Positions 41,161 to 55,234 of a stretch of 64,000 bases of DNA are shown piece by piece. Under the pieces are notes generated by a model. The model saw nothing but the letters and a program-made list of their open reading frames with translations, had not been told where the DNA came from and made no database searches. Where the stretch lies: positions 76,508,001-76,572,000 of the forward strand of contig OZ024744.1 of the NCBI GenBank assembly GCA_964016885.1. The letters run 5' to 3'. Origin of the DNA: Eledone cirrhosa. Lineage: Eukaryota. Both the position numbers and the translations under genes were made by a program. Position 1 is the stretch's first letter; every line of letters starts with the position of its first letter.

Positions 41161-41425
41161 ATATCAAAATAAAGATCCGAAGGCATGGTATAAATTTCCA
41201 ATCATTTTAATCACGACACATGTTTCAATAAGAGATAGATCGATCGTGTAACCATGATCGATTATCACTGATCTCGTCACGTGAAAATTTATACCATGCC
41301 TTCGGATCTTTATTTTGATACAAATACTCCGTTTTACATCATGTAGCTGTTCCCATAAATGGAATTGGAGATATACAAAAGCGTGGAGAACTTAATATTG
41401 CTAACAACCAATAATACACCTTACT
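41161..41425. mobile_element. Fold-back cassette with degenerate HHR (41211-41284, minus strand)
   Basis: ~35-bp arms plus tail. Minus strand reads tcac-GTGACGA-stem II with atcgatc/gatcgat-GAAA-C-ATGT-G-T-C-gtga. Confidence 0.65.
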
Positions 41426-41432
41426 ATATAAC

Positions 41433-41488
<56 letters not shown>

Positions 41489-41522
41489 GCACACACACAT
41501 AAGTATATACATATATATATAC

Positions 41523-41567
<45 letters not shown>

Positions 41568-41691
41568 TGCATGTGTGTGCCTATGCGTGTGTGTGTGTGC
41601 GTATGTGTGTGTATGTGTGTGTGTGTGTGTGTGAGAGAGTGTGTGTGTGTGTGTATGTGTGTGTGTGTGTGTGGTACGTGTCTGTTCATGT

Positions 41692-41832
41692 TAGCTCCAG
41701 ATCTAGCTGTTGAAACGGCCGAAGTTCAGCCGTCGGAATCCTGAATCTTTTCATATTACCCACTCTACTACCCCAAGAATCGAGTACTCTGGTGGGTTAT
41801 GGTCCACTTGGTATTTTACCACACCCTCTCTG
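41692..41832 (+). mobile_element. Family A pLTR, single arm
   Basis: gaaacggccgaagttcagccgtcgg...ttacccactctactaccccaag. Confidence 0.7.
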
Positions 41833-42254
41833 ATATATATATGAACCATATGGTTGTGAAGAGAACTCTTTAACCACACAGCTATGACATTTTCTTTATA
41901 GAAACTTAAGAACTTAAAATCTTATTAATTCCATGTACCATAACCATAATCCTCCTGTACATTGAAATAACCACCACAGTGTTGTCTATCAAGTCCATTA
42001 CAGCCCTGGTGACGAACTTGCTGACGCCTGCTATCTTATATCAGGTTGTAACGTAAGTCCTGTCTATTTCTGTTTTTTTTTTTTTTTAATTAAATCTCGT
42101 GTAAGATTTAACGGTGTGAATTACTCATTTATATTTGGACTCTTTCATAATGTTTATTCAAATATTGAACATATATAAGCAAATAAAAACAGTACTAACA
42201 ACACAAACTAGAGTTATATTGAATATTGAAGTGTCTTTTGTGGTTATGAAACTT

Positions 42255-42515
42255 GAAAAAGGAAGGGAAAGGCAAGGGCTCTAGTGTCACAGAAGAATGG
42301 GGAGAGGAAGGAGAGGAGGATTGCGTTCTGGGCCTGGGTAATGGGGCTGTGCCCCGCGGACAAGACCACAAAAGCATTCCCGCAGACAACGGCCAGCGAT
42401 ACCAGCTGCAACAGCCACCCCACCTCATGGATCTCCATCATCAGACTGGCTGCTGACATTCCGATCTTAAGGAGGATCTAGGTAGTATGGGGTTCAGGCA
42501 TGCCTGAGGTCTCAA
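42255..42515 (-). mobile_element. CRE-like RLE LINE 3' fragment
   Basis: Minus strand AVETSGMP..., SLAVVCGNAFVVLSAG. Homologous to 27912-28255. Confidence 0.65.
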
Positions 42516-42894
42516 CGGCGACCGGATACGGATATCACTATGTTTCATTTTCTTTCTTATTTTGTCAAATTTATCTTTGTTGAAGGTGTTGTGTTGGCGT
42601 CCAGTTCATTCCAAGTAAATAATACATTCACCATGTTATTCTTTTCCTGTATATCCTTCTCTGGAAAAAAATCTGCTGTAATCAGGCTTGGAGAGGGGAT
42701 GACCTCCGTCGGGTTTAAAATGGCGCTAGAAACTCTGTATGTCACCATGGTGCCCGTGCGACTCCTTCAGAAGTCACGGGAACATTACATGCATACATAC
42801 ATAGATACACACATACACACATACACACATATACACATACATATATACCTACATGCATACATACCTACATACATACATATCTACATACATACAG

Positions 42895-43718
42895 ACGTAA
42901 AACACAGACCATAGAGGGGATAAACCACTCAAAAAGCCTGGCATGGAGTTCCGACAAGTTTATGACATCACACCTTGAGGGATATCTCTATGCAATACAG
43001 GAACAAGAACTCCCTACCAAATATCTGCTGCACAAAAGAGGAGGGCCATCAGCTGACAATAAATGTAGGCTATGTAAAACAAAGATCGAGGATGTAAGCC
43101 ACATTGTTGCCAGCTGCGAAAGAATGTCATCTCGCTACTACCTCCCGATGAGACACGATGGGATAGCTAGAACCATCTGGAACGCACTTCGGAAAACAAA
43201 ATTAACAACAAAAGAGGAAGAATATATTGAGACAGATGGCACTAAGGAATACTGGTGGAACCTGAAAATAAAAACTGCCACCAAATTAAAGCACAACCGG
43301 TCTGATATTGTTGTTTGGGACCACACATTGAAAACGTGTTCTGTTGTGGAGATCAGCTGCCCATTTGATGTAAACGTTGTCAGAAAAATACAGGAGAAGG
43401 GGGACATCTACGGACCATTGATGAGGAGTTTACAAATCCAGTATCCAAGATACACCTTTAGCTTCATACCCATCATTATTGGAGCTACGGGTTATATACC
43501 AACCCGCTTGGACCAATGTATGACTGAACTTGGATTTGCGGACAAAGAACGCAGCTCCCTAATTCATAGTCTACAAATGGCTGCGATAGCTGGCACCTTC
43601 AAAATATGCAAAACATTCTTGCGATTCAAGGGATGACAATTTCTTTTCTTTTACAACCTTGCCACCAGGAAGGTGGCCGGTCAAAAAAAATATACTCGAA
43701 ATTAAGAGAAAGAGATAA
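42895..43718 (+). mobile_element. R4/Dong-like LINE 3' fragment (CCHC finger + restriction-like endonuclease, ORF 42962-43636)
   Basis: AIQEQEL.TKY, CRLC...E..HIVASC, RHD, HNR.DIV, VEISCP, PIIIGATG. Embedded in (TACA)n. Confidence 0.88.
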
Positions 43719-44030
43719 CATACATACATACAAACATACATACATACATACATACATACACATATACACATATACACATACATACCTACATACATACCTA
43801 CATACATACATACATGCATACATACACACATATATACATATACACATACACACATACACACACACACATACATACATATATACATACATACCTACATGAA
43901 TACATACATACGCACAAACACACACATACACACATACACACACACATTCACACATACATACATACATACATACATACATACATACATACATACATACATA
44001 CATACATACATACATACATACATACATACA

Positions 44031-44063
<33 letters not shown>

Positions 44064-44630
44064 GATGATGATGATGATAGCTGCAACTCGATTTCGAGTA
44101 AAACCATCGCTTGATACTTAAGCATGAGTATGACAGGCGTTGTTCCCTAGTCCTGCTAAGGACTTGCCTATGGCCAGCAATACCATTCATCGCCAAAAAT
44201 TGTCACCTATCAAGTGATAACTGTGCTTGAAGCTTTTTTTAAGTGAGGAAAGGCTTTGAACGGGGCCAATCCCACTCTCTGAACAATGAATGCGTTTACC
44301 CCAAAAGAAGAACTGGTCTACATCATTGGATGCAAACGAAGTCGCAAGTTTTATATCAGAGTTAACTTCTCCTACAGAGATGTCTTAATAAAGACTGGGA
44401 GTCTCTCGCTCTACAAAAAACAAAAACAAAAACAAAATTATTGGATGGCTGTTGACTCTGCTGAGTTCCTCCGCACTTTGGCGGGTTTTGTTTCTCATCA
44501 CACAGAATGTCCCAAATCACCTTCCTCATCAAGTAAGCTTGGTGGGGTTGCCGGTTTATTCGCCAACGACCCGACCATCCACGGGTTATACTGGGTTACA
44601 TGTTACCAGTAGCGCTGAAGAGCGACACGA
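44064..44630 (-). mobile_element. Diverged non-autonomous element resembling an RTE 5'UTR, relative of the tandem array
   Basis: Shares ggtggggttgcc..cgccaacgacccgacc, aaagaagaac..acatcattggat and caactcg.tttcgagta blocks with the 44711 units. Confidence 0.6.
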
Positions 44631-44710
44631 CATATCATACATGCATACATACATGCATACATACATACATACATGCATACATACATGCATACATACATAC
44701 ATACATACAT

Positions 44711-47170
44711 GGTGGCTGCCAACTCGTTTTCGAGTACGGCTACTACTTTATATCCATGTAGGAGAACTCCTACCGATGCGCTGAACGAATGTGATATTTT
44801 AGTCCAGCCAGCGACTTGAAAACTCTGGTACAAACACTACACTTGTGACAATTATTGACACATAGTGCTGGGCCCATGGTACCATGTGACGACAAGTGCA
44901 GAGAGATCTCCAGATATAAAGCAATGCCTGTGTCGTGAAGCTTTTATAGTGAGCAAAGGCACTGCACAAAGCCAGTCCTACTCTCTTAACCAAGATGATA
45001 TTTACCAAAAAGAAGAACAAGTCAACATCATTGGATACCATCAGGATTGCAGGTGTTATATCAGAGTTTTCCTTCTCCTAGAATTCTGCCTTGACAAAGG
45101 CTAAGGGGTCATCTCTCCCGGTGATTTTGGATGGCCATTGACTCTTAAGAGCTCCTTTGCCCTTTGACAGGTTTTGTTTTTAGTCCTGCAGGATGTCCAA
45201 AGTCACCCTCCTCACCAAGAAACCTTGGTGGGGTTGCCAGTTTAGTCGCCAACGACCCGACCATGGGACAGGTTGTTCTGGGATACATACATACATACAC
45301 ACATACATACATACATACATACATGGTGGCTGCCAACTCGTTTTCGAGTACGGCCACTACTTTATATCCATGTAGGAGAACTCCTACCGATGCGCTGAAC
45401 GAGTGTGACTTTTTAGTCCAGCCAGCGACTTGAAAACTCTGGTACAAACACTACACCTGTGACAATTATTGACACATAGTGCTGGGCCCATGGTACCATG
45501 TGACGATAAGTGCAGAGAGATCTCCAGATATAAAGCAATGCCTGTGCCGTGAAGCTTTTATAGTGAGCAAAGGCACTGCACAAAGCCAGTCCCACTCTCT
45601 TAACCAAGATGATATTTACCAAAAAGAAGAACAAGTCAACATCATTGGATACCATCAGGATTGCAGGTGTTATATCAGAGTTTTCCTTCTCCTAGAATTC
45701 TGCCTTGACAAAGGCTAAGGGGTCATCTCTCCCGGTGATTTTGGATGGCCATTGACTCTTAAGAGCTCCTTTGCTCTTTGACAGGTTTTGTTTTTAGTCC
45801 TGCAGGATGTCCAAAGTCACCCTCCTCACCAAGAAACCTTGGTGGGGTTGCCAGTTTAGTCGCCAACGACCCGACCATGGGACAGGTTGTTCTGGGATAC
45901 ATACATACATACACACATACATACATACATACATACATACATACATGGTGGCTGCCAACTCGTTTTCGAGTACGGCCACTACTTTATATCCATGTAGGAG
46001 AACTCCTACCGATGCGCTGAACGAGTGTGACTTTTTAGTCCAGCCAGCGACTTGAAAACTCTGGTACAAACACTACACCTGTGACAATTATTGACACATA
46101 GTGCTGGGCCCATGGTACCATGTGACGATAAGTGCAGAGAGATCTCCAGATATAAAGCAATGCCTGTGCCGTGAAGCTTTTATAGTGAGCAAAGGCACTG
46201 CACAAAGCCAGTCCCACTCTCTTAACCAAGATGATATTTACCAAAAAGAAGAACAAGTCAACATCATTGGATACCATCAGGATTGCAGGTGTTATATCAG
46301 AGTTTTCCTTCTCCTAGAATTCTGCCTTGACAAAGGCTAAGGGGTCATCTCTCCCGGTGATTTTGGATGGCCATTGACTCTTAAGAGCTCCTTTGCTCTT
46401 TGACAGGTTTTGTTTTTAGTCCTGCAGGATGTCCAAAGTCACCCCCCTCACCAAGAAACCTTGGTGGGGTTGCCAGTTTAGTCGCCAACGACCCGACCAT
46501 GGGACAGGTTGTTCTGGGATACATACATACATACACACATACATACATACATACATACATACATGGTGGCTGCCAACTCGTTTTCGAGTACGGCCACTAC
46601 TTTATATCCATGTAGGAGAACTCCTACCGATGCGCTGAACGAGTGTGACTTTTTAGTCCAGCCAGCGACTTGAAAACTCTGGTACAAACACTACACCTGT
46701 GACAATTATTGACACATAGTGCTGGGCCCATGGTACCATGTGACGATAAGTGCAGAGAGATCTCCAGATATAAAGCAATGCCTGTGCCGTGAAGCTTTTA
46801 TAGTGAGCAAAGGCACTGCACAAAGCCAGTCCCACTCTCTTAACCAAGATGATATTTACCAAAAAGAAGAACAAGTCAACATCATTGGATACCATCAGAG
46901 TTGCAGGTGTTATATCAGAGTTTTCCTTCCCCTAGAATTTTGCCTTGACAAAGGCTAAGGGGTCATCTCTCCCGGTGGTTTTGGATGGCTATTGACTCTT
47001 AAGAGCTCCTTTACCCTTTGACAGGTTTTGTTTTTAGTCCTGCAGGATGTCCAAAGTCACCCTCCTCACCAAGAAACCTTGGTGGGGTTGCCAGTTTAGT
47101 CGCCAACGACCCGACCATGAGACAGGTTGTACTGGGATAAATGTTACCAGTAGCACCAACTGGTGACCTG
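44711..47170 (-). repeat. Four tandem ~615-620-bp units separated by (TACA)n, probably RTE-derived and non-autonomous
   Basis: Units start at 44711, 45325, 45947 and 46565 and are near-identical. Minus strand has ctaggagaaggaaaactctgat, a motif I recall from RTE 5'UTRs (recall only, not searched). Confidence 0.85.
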
Positions 47171-48342
47171 ACATAGATACATACATATATACATACATAC
47201 TTACATACATACATTACACACATACATACATGAATACATACATACATATATAGCCAGTCAACGCGATCAGTCGCATATTTTGGTGTGGGAGACTATTCAT
47301 TATATTTTAAATGAATACTATCTCCGACCGTAATGCCACAACTACCAGTCATGTTGAATAATTGGTTATTCTTCTAACTATACCTACTGAAGACACCTTT
47401 TATTCGAATTCGTAGAGATATCCGACTAAATACATAATTCATTTTACAAGGATTTGCTACAATCAGCATGGCTGAACACAACATCAACAACAACAGCATC
47501 AGTGGAATACCGAAGAAAAACGAGAAAGGTAAACAAACTTTATTCAGTTGTAGCTACAGAAGAAACCGAAATTATAAATCGCATTTCTCTTGGGGTTGCG
47601 AACTTAAAGATAGTTTATTTAATTGTTATAAAATGGCAAAAAACAATTGGCTATATGAACAGAATGAAGCTACACTGGGACGAAATGCACCCAGAGCTAA
47701 ATCGCTTCACAGCGAAACAATTACGCCAACAAGCGATGTTTGTTGAACGTAAAGATATGATAAATATTATTAATTGTAAGTCCTCCACAACAAACATGGA
47801 ATCAACAACACGTGCTACAGGTCGCCATGCTACTAGACTTCCTAGCAGCCAGCTCGAACAGTGCCTTGAAACAACTATGCCTGTAAGAAATTTGACACCA
47901 CGTGTACCATCTAAGTCTACCTCGAATGCTGAGGAAAACACTATCGATAATAATAATAATCCAATAAATTTGACACCACGTGTACCATTCGTGTCTACCT
48001 CGAATGTTGTGGAAAATACTATCGATAATGATAATAATCAAAAGTATAAACAATTGAAAATTTCCCTCAACGAAATCTTCCAGAGAGAAATTAATTCAGG
48101 TATAAACATTTCTCTTGCTGAACGTATTAAAACAACAATATTTAATAAAAAAAAAACTAAAAAACAAGTAATGAAATATTACGTGTTATTGACAAAATAG
48201 GGGATGAATATTTGCGACGGATAAAAGCCCCAACATTTTGGCAAATCAACGCCTTTTTATATGCCTTAGCAACGACAGTGAAGCATTATCTTGGTGATAG
48301 CAGAGATATTAACAAAAACAAAACACCAGGAAAAAACCATCA

Positions 48343-49751
48343 TCTATATACCTAAAACAGAGAATGTCTGTCTGTCTGTCCAATCACTAAAACTCGAGAA
48401 CTGCCCAACCGATTGTTTTCAAACTTTACACATGTAATACTTATGGTCCTGTAAGTGTTTTGAGCAAATCAAATTTCAATTTTTCAGTGCCTTAGGGACC
48501 GCATTAGGCGATTTAGCGATCTCTCTCTATAATTCTTAGTCTTTCTCTTTTTAGATAGATACATAGATATAACGTTTCACCCTTATAATATTTGTCTGTA
48601 TGCCTGGCTGTCTGCATTACGTCTTTATGACGCGATCAGTGTGTGTGTGTGTATATATGTATATATAGTGTGTGTGTATATATATATATTCTTATGCCTG
48701 TGAACGTCTTCACGAACCAAAGTATCGTCTTCCTGTTTTCCTTCGGTTGCAACGTTTTTCGAAATATTTACATCTCCGTTCACAGATTGATTTTTTTAGT
48801 TTCAGAAGATCCCGTTAAGGTTGAAAGCAGCGATTCTTTGCTTAAACTTTAATATGTTATTTTAATATATATATATATATATTTTCATACACAAAAACAA
48901 AATATAAACAATCATGGCCAACGATTACATACGATGCATATACAAGAACAAAATATAAACAAACAAGGCCAACGATTACATACGATGCATACACAAGAAC
49001 AAAATATAAACAAATAAAGCCGGCGATTACATAATCACATGCATCACTGACAGATATTTTTGCATACACAAAAAATATATATAAACAAACAAGGCCAATA
49101 ATTGCATACGATTACATCAGTTAGTCTTAGTGTACTTCATACTGCTTTTAGGTAGAAGATCCCGTTAAGGGTGAAAGCAGCGATTTTTTGCTTAAACTTT
49201 AAGTCAACTGTTCGGATATCACATGCATCACTGACGAATTTACTCCTTACTCTACCAGTTAGTCTTAGTGTACTTCATACCACTTTTAGATCATGCCTCG
49301 AAGGAAGAGATACTTCATTGGCCGAAATACTGCGATAGTGGCAAGAGAAAGAACAAGGCGGGCAAACGAATCGTCAGTGGAATCTGCTATTCGACTGTCG
49401 CAAGATGCAGTTAGTACTGCCACCAGAAGAGCACTTGAAACATAAAAACAACGAACCAATCGCCGAACGGCTGATTTTTTATTTTAGTTTCAGATCTCGT
49501 TAAGGGTGAAAGCAGCGATTCTTTGCATAAACTTTAATCTGTTATTTTAATATATATATATAATTAGATATTCGTGTACAGATATTTTTGCATACACAAT
49601 AACAAAATATAAACAAAAGTATTTATTTCGCGATAAAGTATTGATTTTCTTCGTACGGAAAAAACTCCTGGTATTCTACGACGAATTTTTTTTATAAGCA
49701 CAAAATGTAGACACCATCCCGAGGCCGAGGTATTCCGTATTCTCTGTACTG

Positions 49752-49804
<53 letters not shown>

Positions 49805-49950
49805 TATATTCGTGTACAGATATTTTTGCATACACAATAACAAAATATAAACAAACGTATTTATTTCACGAGGCTCGATAAGGATAAATATATATCAAAT
49901 ATGTAATAACCCTAGAGCAAATCCCGAGTAACGCCGGGCCGTTCTGTTAG
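48343..49950 (+). mobile_element. Non-autonomous Helitron
   Basis: A|TCTATATA..(gtct)n 5' end. 3' hairpin cccgagtaacgccggg then ctgTTAG|T. No TSD. Removing it restores the host LINE frame KPS|YITKIEKK. Internal MPRRKR..GRNT..RRANES at 49305 resembles a Rep/Hel N-terminus. Confidence 0.82.
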
Positions 49951-51943
49951 TATATAACTAAAATAGAAAAAAAGATTTTTAACCTACAAAAAACCATAGA
50001 ATATGTGACAATGCTCCTTACATGCAAACAAACACAAAAAACCTCACTCCTCGCCAACAAAGAGTGAAAAATAAAATAGAGACTATGTTTGGTAACATAT
50101 TCCTCTAAGATCACTGTGAAAATAATAACATCATCACAGAGGAACAAGCATCTGGAAAGAAAGGGGTTTGGGGATGTGCTGAACAACTCCTAATCAACAA
50201 AACTGCGATGTAGGAGGTGCGACAACTTAGGAGGAATATGGTTACAGTCTAGCTGGACTACAGGAAAGCTTTTGATTCTGTTCCCCACTCTTGGATTGTA
50301 GAGGCCCTTCGACTTGCTAAAGTCCCAGACATTATTATCAGAGCCATAGAGAAGCTGTCTTCTTCTTGGCCTACTATCCTAAGGTTGAAGACAGAGAGGG
50401 AGGACTCTATTTTCACTGATAAAATAAAATATTGCAGGGGTATATTTCAGGGAGACAGTCTCTCTGTGACATTATTCATCCTGTCATTAAACCCCTTGTC
50501 CTTTCTGCTCAAGAAATGTGAGGGATACATCATTGGCTCACAGGAGGACAGAAATATGAACCTAGCCCATAATTTCTTTGTGGATGATCTGAAACTCTAT
50601 GCCAAGAACATGGATGGGATGAAGAAAAATCTTGGCCTAGTTACAACATTCTCAAAGGATACAGGAATAGAGTTTGGCCAAGATAAATGCTCATATATGA
50701 CTGTAAAGCGGGGGAAAACAACAACCCAATCTTGCAACATTTGTATCAATGGCCTAACTGTTTCACCAATATCTGATGAGGACTGCTACAGATACCTGGG
50801 GATAGATGAGAACATGTCCTATAATGGTATCTGTAATAAGGAACGCGTAACCACGGAATACTGCACCCGATTAAGAAAGATAAGGTCATCGGAACCCTCT
50901 GCTCAAAACAAAACAGTGGCTCACAATGTGTTTGCTGTGCTTGTCCTAACACCAACGTTTGGAATACTCAATTGGACGATAGACGAAATCCGAGCAATTG
51001 ATGTTAGAACTCGAAAAATACTAAACAACACCGGAAGCTTCCACATCAATAGTGAAATAGACCGCCTTTACTTGAATGTAAGCAGGGAGGCAGAGGCTTA
51101 ACATCAGTCCAGATAGCGTTTGAATGTCGCATCGTATCCCCCCGACATCTACGAACCTCGAAGCGTAGGATCCCGTCTCTCGAGAAAGTCTATCTGCATG
51201 AAACAAATAAGATCATGAGAGTTGGGAAGGAACTTCTCGAAAGGTATTCCATGTGTGATAATCAAAAACTCACACCCAGGGAAGTCGCTCAGCAGTATCG
51301 CAGTGAATCCATGGATGAAAAACTGCATGCTTATCAGTAAAAAAAATTATGCATGGATATGTTGCCTGGAAGCTCCAGAGTGAGAGTAATATAGATTAAA
51401 AAAAGTAGTCTATCGTGGACCAACAACCGCTATATTGACTCCCACTTTGAATAATACTCTTTTGCAATCAAAGAACAGGAAATCAACACGAAATACCTGA
51501 TTCACAAAAGAGATAGGGATGCAGGCAAAACACCTAGATGTGATAACAAGTGCAGACTCTGAAGAATTAATATCGAAGATGCCACCCATGTCATAAGCAG
51601 CTGTCCAAAGATGTCATCGCGGTTCTATCTACCCATGAGGCATGATGTAGTGGCCAAAACAATGTACAATGCAATCCGTAGAAAAGATAGCCCCGATAAT
51701 AAACACAATAAAAGCTACAGCAATGTGGAAGACATACATATACATAATATGAAAGAATACTGGTGGAATGTTCCACTAAAACCCCCAATAAAATGCAGGC
51801 ATAACAGAGCAGATATGATATAGGACAGGGAAAAGAAGGCATGCACAGTAGTGGAAGTTAGCCGCCAGCAGATGCCAATATAATATCAAAGATTAGCGAA
51901 AAGGAGAATATTTATGCAGAACTGATGAGAAATCTGCAGATAC

Positions 51944-52529
51944 ATCATCATCATTAGGTCGAGCTTGCTCGGCTTTCTACGACACGTTTCCTCCATCAAT
52001 CTCTGTCTCTCATAGCGTTTGCCAGTTCTTCCGCAGTGCATCCAGTATCTTCCTCAAGTTGCTTGACGTCTACACTTTCGCTCTAAGTTCCAGGGCTTTT
52101 TCAAAAGCATTCGATTCCATCCATCGTGGGAGGATGAGAGAGCTACTTCTAGCCTACGGCTTGCCAAAGGAAACAGTAAATGCCATCATGATGTTATATA
52201 AAAGCACCCGCGCAATGGAGCGCTCACCTGATGGAGATACCAACTTCTTTGACATTATTGCAGGAGTACTCCAAGGGGATACTCTTGCACCATATATTTT
52301 TATCATCTGCCTCGACTATGTATTGAGAAAAGCCCTGGACGAAAACTTAGAGCTTGGTTTCACTCTCACAAAGCGAAAGTGTAGACGTCATGCAGCTCAT
52401 AAAATCACCGATGCTGACTATGCGGATGATTTAGCGGTCCTCGCTGACTACCTTAAGGATGCAACATCACTACCTCACAGCATCGAATCAGTTGCAAAGG
52501 AAATCGGACTCTATGTCAATGCAGGCAAA
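51944..52529. mobile_element. RTE-like LINE insert with internal inversion
   Basis: 8-bp TSD GCAGATAC (51936-51943 and 52530-52537). Minus-strand 3' end with (TGA)n tail at 51944-52065; plus-strand RT (FSKAFDSIHR, GVLQGDTLAP, YADDL) at 52097-52529. Confidence 0.85.
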
Positions 52530-53379
52530 GCAGATACTCCACCCTAATTATGCCTTCATATTTATGCCTGTGAATTATTGGGGCACTGGGATATGTTAGT
52601 AACGGCCTCAATATAAATCTTGAGAAGCTAGGCTTCACAGGAACAGATAGAACACAACTAGTTAGGAAATTACAAGTACAATCCATTAATGGAACAATAA
52701 AAGTATGTAAAACATTCCATAAATGTTGCATCTAATAACTGCATATACACATGTACAGATACAAAGCATATACACATGCACGCATACAACTCAAAACATA
52801 CGCATCCACACATACAATAACATCCATACCTACACATGCATGCAGACATGCATACATACATATCTACCTAGTTGATGTGTAAATTCCAATGAGAGAGTCT
52901 TGTGTCTATGTTAGAAACCGACTCTCTCTCTATTGGGAAAAATTTGTGAAATTATAAAACCAAAAGGACATACATACATACATACATACATACATACATA
53001 CATACATACATACATACATACATACATACATACAAGAAAACTTCGGTATGCGCTTACATTCTAGTTGGTTCTGAACACATTTCTTTGTGCTGTCTTGCAC
53101 ATTTTATTTAAACATGTTGCAGTGTCTTCTCCATATTAAACACTTGTTATTTATTTAGAAACTATGATGTCTGGTATTCCTATTTCCTATGGGGAATATA
53201 TTTGCAATATCTACAAACAAATGTTTCTTGGATAATGTCAGACTGTATTCTCTTATTATTCAAAAATTTTCCTTCTTTATTTTATTTTTTCTTCTATATT
53301 TTTCAAGTCTACAAGTTCTTTATATCCAGTAACAGCATAGGTGTGTTATTTCATGTGCAATTGTTTACATAGTACAAAT

Positions 53380-53382
<3 letters not shown>

Positions 53383-53447
<65 letters not shown>

Positions 53448-53579
53448 ATATGTGTGTGTGTGTGTGTATATGTGTATATATATGTATATATGTATGTATA
53501 TATATATGTGTGTATATATGTATATATATATGTATATATATATGTGTATATAAATCTGTATATAAACCATATATATATA

Positions 53580-53640
<61 letters not shown>

Positions 53641-53778
53641 ATATGTATATATGTATATATGTATGTGTGTATATGTGTATATATATATCTATATCTATAT
53701 ATATATGTATATATGTCTGTGTGTATATATGTATATATATATGTGTGTATATAAATATGTATATAAACCATATATATA

Positions 53779-53848
<70 letters not shown>

Positions 53849-54189
53849 GTAAACTAATGGAGTAAAGGATTCGCGTATAATCCTGTAATTCAATGAGCAC
53901 AAAGGAAAGAGTATTCCTGGGCACTTTAAAATACAATATAGAGAGGAAAAACACAGGAGTGTATATAAAATACATATATAATATATATATATAAAAACAA
54001 TATGTATATGTATGTATATGTATGTATGTATTTATATATTTATATATATATATATATATATACAGTATATATATAAACAATATATATATATATAAATATA
54101 TATACATACATACACACATATGCGTACACACCCACAGACACACACACACATATATATAAATATATATGTATATATATATACATATATAT

Positions 54190-54241
<52 letters not shown>

Positions 54242-54480
54242 GAACATTTTCTCTATGTTGAAATTAGGAAATCAGTTTGTTTTGTAAACACATGGAAGTA
54301 GTAGTAATCCTATACACGCGCACATACATACATACATACATACATACATACATACATACATACATACATACATACATGCATACATACATACATACATGCA
54401 TACATACATACATACATACATACATACATACATACATACATACATACATACATACATACATACATACAAATACATATATA
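53383..54480. repeat. Compound (TA)n/(TG)n/(TACA)n microsatellite field
   Basis: Direct inspection. Confidence 0.95.
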
Positions 54481-55234
54481 TATACATAAACACACACACA
54501 TATGTACTCACATGCATACAAGCACACACATACACATGAACCAAAAAATCTCACATAAATCACTCCCAGCTATATTTAAAAGAAAAACAGAAAACATTGG
54601 ATAAGGTACACTATGTCTGAATAAAATACAGGATGGTCACGACTGGAATGTCTTTAATCATAGATTTGCTTGAACTATAAATTAAAAAAAACAATAGAAA
54701 ATAAGGCCATATTAGATATGGTATTCCTAGATATGTATGTCCTCTATATCTCTTTCTCATTCTCTCAATCTTTCTCTGGAAGAAACCTGCATTAAAGGAG
54801 ATGGGCTCCACCAGATCTTTAAATAAGTACTAGAAACGTTGTATGGCACCAGGGTGATCCTACGACCCCCTACGACGCCCTTGGGAATTACAAGATTAAA
54901 AAAATATGTCCCGTATTTCCCGGCGCCGAAGATGCTTCGTCCTCGAGGACGCACCCTAATTTTGACAAACAAAAATTTGAAAAAAAAAAATAATAAACAA
55001 CCTTCGGCTTCCAGGATGCATGGTAGATTTTGAGACTTTAGGAAAAAAGCAGTGACTTCGACGCCGGCAAATACGGTAGGTATGGACCCTTAAGTCCTGA
55101 TGAAGTCGTAAAGGCGCTATATTGACATACGGAATTTCTATGGCTTTCTTTTAAAACCTGGCGGGGACCATCTCCTCTCCAAGTTTGAAAACAGCAGATT
55201 TTTTTCCATATAGTGGAAGAATCAACTGGTTCTA

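Larger units (their letters stand above)
47252..52968 (+). mobile_element. R4/Dong-like RLE LINE, decayed and internally deleted, with two nested insertions
   Basis: N-terminal GYMNRMKLHW..HP..TAKQLRQQ; RT LDYRKAFDSVPH, RGIFQGDSLS, FFVDDLK, YRYLG; C-terminal finger and REL. (CATA)n on both sides. Confidence 0.88.

Noticed and set aside
41930-42060. Possible host exon ending in gtaagt
   Set aside because: No convincing acceptor, frame or recognisable peptide.
44799-46958. Repeated 79-80 aa ORFs
   Set aside because: They recur only because of the tandem duplication. No recognisable domain, and no matching ORF in the diverged relative at 44064.
55097-55125. CTGATGA as a hammerhead core
   Set aside because: No downstream GAAA/UH with closing stems.
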